NCBI GenBank assembly: GCA_030390025.1
Contig: CM059432.1
Coordinates: 134,294,001-134,358,000, forward strand
DNA: 64,000 bases
DNA from: Squalus acanthias
Lineage: Eukaryota
Direction of reading: 5' to 3'
A program made the position numbers and the translations under genes. Below, piece after piece: positions 62,178 to 64,000 of the stretch (position 1 is its first letter; the number at the start of each line of letters is the position of its first letter). The notes below the pieces were generated by a model. The model worked only from the letters and a program-made list of their open reading frames with translations. It did not search any database and was not told the DNA's origin.

Positions 62178-63743
62178 CTCTTTCTCTCTCCACGGATGCT
62201 GCCTGGCCTGCTGAGTTTTTCCAGCGTTTTCTGTTGTTAGTCCAAATGTTAATGTTTGCTGGGGCTTGAATTCCAGCCTTTTAAAATTGAGATTCCTTAT
62301 GTTAGGCCCAAATGCATTTTTATCACTCTGGGGTAGTTCCAAAGTCCTTTTTTTTCCTTAGATTTTTGGGGATCTGCAAATTTTGGAAACTTTACAATTA
62401 TTAGGGACGTGGTAACAGGGCACTTAGAAAATCATAATATGATTAGGCAGAGTGAACATGGTTTTATGAAAGGAAAATAGTGTTTGACAAATCCGTTAGG
62501 GTTTTTTGAAGATGTAACTAGTAGGATGGATAAGGGGGAGCCAGTGGATGTAGTGTATTTCGATTTTCGATTGGTGCCACACAAGAGGTTATTATACAAA
62601 ATTAGGACTCATGGTATTGGGGGTAATATATTAGCATGGATTGATGATTGGTTAATGGACAGAAAACAGAGAGTAGGAATAAATGGGACTTTTTCAGGTT
62701 GGCAGGCTGTAACTAGTGGGGTACCGCAAGGATCAGTGCTTGGGCCTCAGCTATTTACAATCTATATTAATGACTTGAATACATTACACACAGTCCCTTC
62801 ATCTAAGTTTGCTGACGATACAAAGTTAGGTGGGAAAGTAAGCTGTGAGGAGGACGCAAAGAGGCCGCAGAGAGATACAGACAGGTTGAGTGGGCAAGAA
62901 CATGCCAAATGGAATACAATGTGGGTAAGTGTGAAGTTATCCACTTTGGTAGGAAAAACAAAAAAGCAGAATATTTTTGAATGGTGAGAGACTGGAAAAA
63001 GTTTGCATTCAGAGGGACCTGGGTGTCCTTGTACATGAATCACAGAAAGTTAACTTGCAGGTACAGCAAGCAATTAGGAAAGCAAATGGTATGTTAGTTT
63101 TTGTTACAAAGGGATTGGAGTACAGGAGTAAAGAAGTCTTACTACAATTATACAGGGCATTGGTGAGGCCACACCTGGAGTACTGTGTACAGTTCTGGTC
63201 TCCTTACCTAAGGAAAGACTTATTTGCCTTGGATGGAGTGCAGTGAAGGTTTACTAGAATGGTTCCTGGGATGAGGGGATTGCCCTGTGAGGAGAGATTG
63301 AGTAGACTAGGCCTATATTCCTTAGAATTTAGAAGAATGAGAGGTGATCTAATTGAAACATAGAAAATTCTTAAGGGGCTTGACAGGGTTAATGCTGGGA
63401 AAATGTTTCCCCTGGCTGGGGAATCTAGAACACAAGGTCACAGTCACAGAATAAGGGGTAGACCATTTAGGACTGAGATGATGAGAAATTTATTCACTCA
63501 AATGGTTGTGAATCTTTGGAATTCTCTACCCCAGAGAGCTGTGGATGCTCAGTCATTGAGTATATTCAAGACAGAGGTCGATAAATTTTTGGGAACAAAG
63601 GGAATTAAGGGATATGGGGATAGTGTAGGAAGGTAGAGTTGAGGTAGAAGATCAGCCATGATCTTGTTGAATGGCAGAACAGGCTCAAAGGGCCAAATGG
63701 CCTACTGCAGCTCCTAGTTCTTATGTTGCAAATTTGTTTCATT

Positions 63744-64000
63744 GGCCCTGAATTTCCGATCCTGCATGCAGATGCCTCCGATCGGGAAAAATCTATGCAA
63801 TTACCTGCTGGTTCCGTAGGTCCCGAGACTTCCAATCCTGGGCCTCTCCTGGTCCGCGCGGGCAGAGGCCCAGGTATCCCAGGGGCGCAGGTGGTTCGCA
63901 AGAGTCCCTGGGATCACGTGGGCCACGGGGAACCAATCAAAGAAGGGAATCCCCCTGCAGACTTTTGACCGGTCTCTACGCACAGATTTGTCAAAAGTAT
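63744..64000. mobile_element. Start of another Harbinger-like MITE (runs off the window)
   Basis: GGCCCTGAATTT terminus identical to that at 55475. Confidence 0.65.

Larger units (their letters stand above)
60835..62239 (-). mobile_element. 5'-truncated Penelope-like element with inverted terminal copy
   Basis: 141-bp inverted repeats (60872-61012 and 62099-62239, 1 mismatch); 14-bp TSD GTCCAAATGTTAAT (60821-34, 62240-53). Confidence 0.93.
59930..62396 (-). mobile_element. Solo LTR (~1.05 kb excluding the nested Penelope)
   Basis: TGTA...TACA termini; 4-bp TSD ATTA (59926-29, 62397-400); on the minus strand CCAAT (~60462), TATAAT (~60387) and AATAAA (~60080) occur in LTR order. Confidence 0.85.
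58713..63726 (+). mobile_element. Decayed CR1 (APE end to 3' tail) split by the solo LTR at 59930-62396
   Basis: PLGKSNHNMIEF, GVPQGSVLGP, FADD and C-terminal ORFs; sequence is continuous across the LTR. Confidence 0.9.

Overview
This is eukaryotic genomic DNA, most likely from a cartilaginous fish (shark), judged from its HE1/V-SINE, Deu-domain SINE, CR1 and Penelope repertoire. The only confidently recognisable gene is TXNL4A (DIM1, U5 snRNP) on the + strand. It has three coding exons (48788-48940, 49683-49786, 53032-53203; 142 aa), a CpG-island promoter at ~46.9-47.5 kb and a probable non-coding first exon. The first ~10 kb has no recognisable transposons, retains CpGs and looks like cis-regulatory DNA. 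The rest is a dense, multiply nested mosaic of CR1, L2, a second LINE family, a Tx1-like fragment, three solo LTRs, PIF/Harbinger-type MITEs, SINEs and Penelope-like elements. The most notable observations are: (1) four minimal hammerhead-ribozyme motifs in Penelope insertions, two of which have inverted termini and clear target-site duplications; (2) a long-range inverted repeat in TXNL4A intron 2 whose substitutions are almost all G-U compatible on the sense strand and which brackets a candidate cryptic exon; (3) a CR1 with a tandemly duplicated, GC-shifted 3' tail; (4) a module shared by two oppositely oriented LTRs. Repeat family names come from recognition by eye, not database searches.
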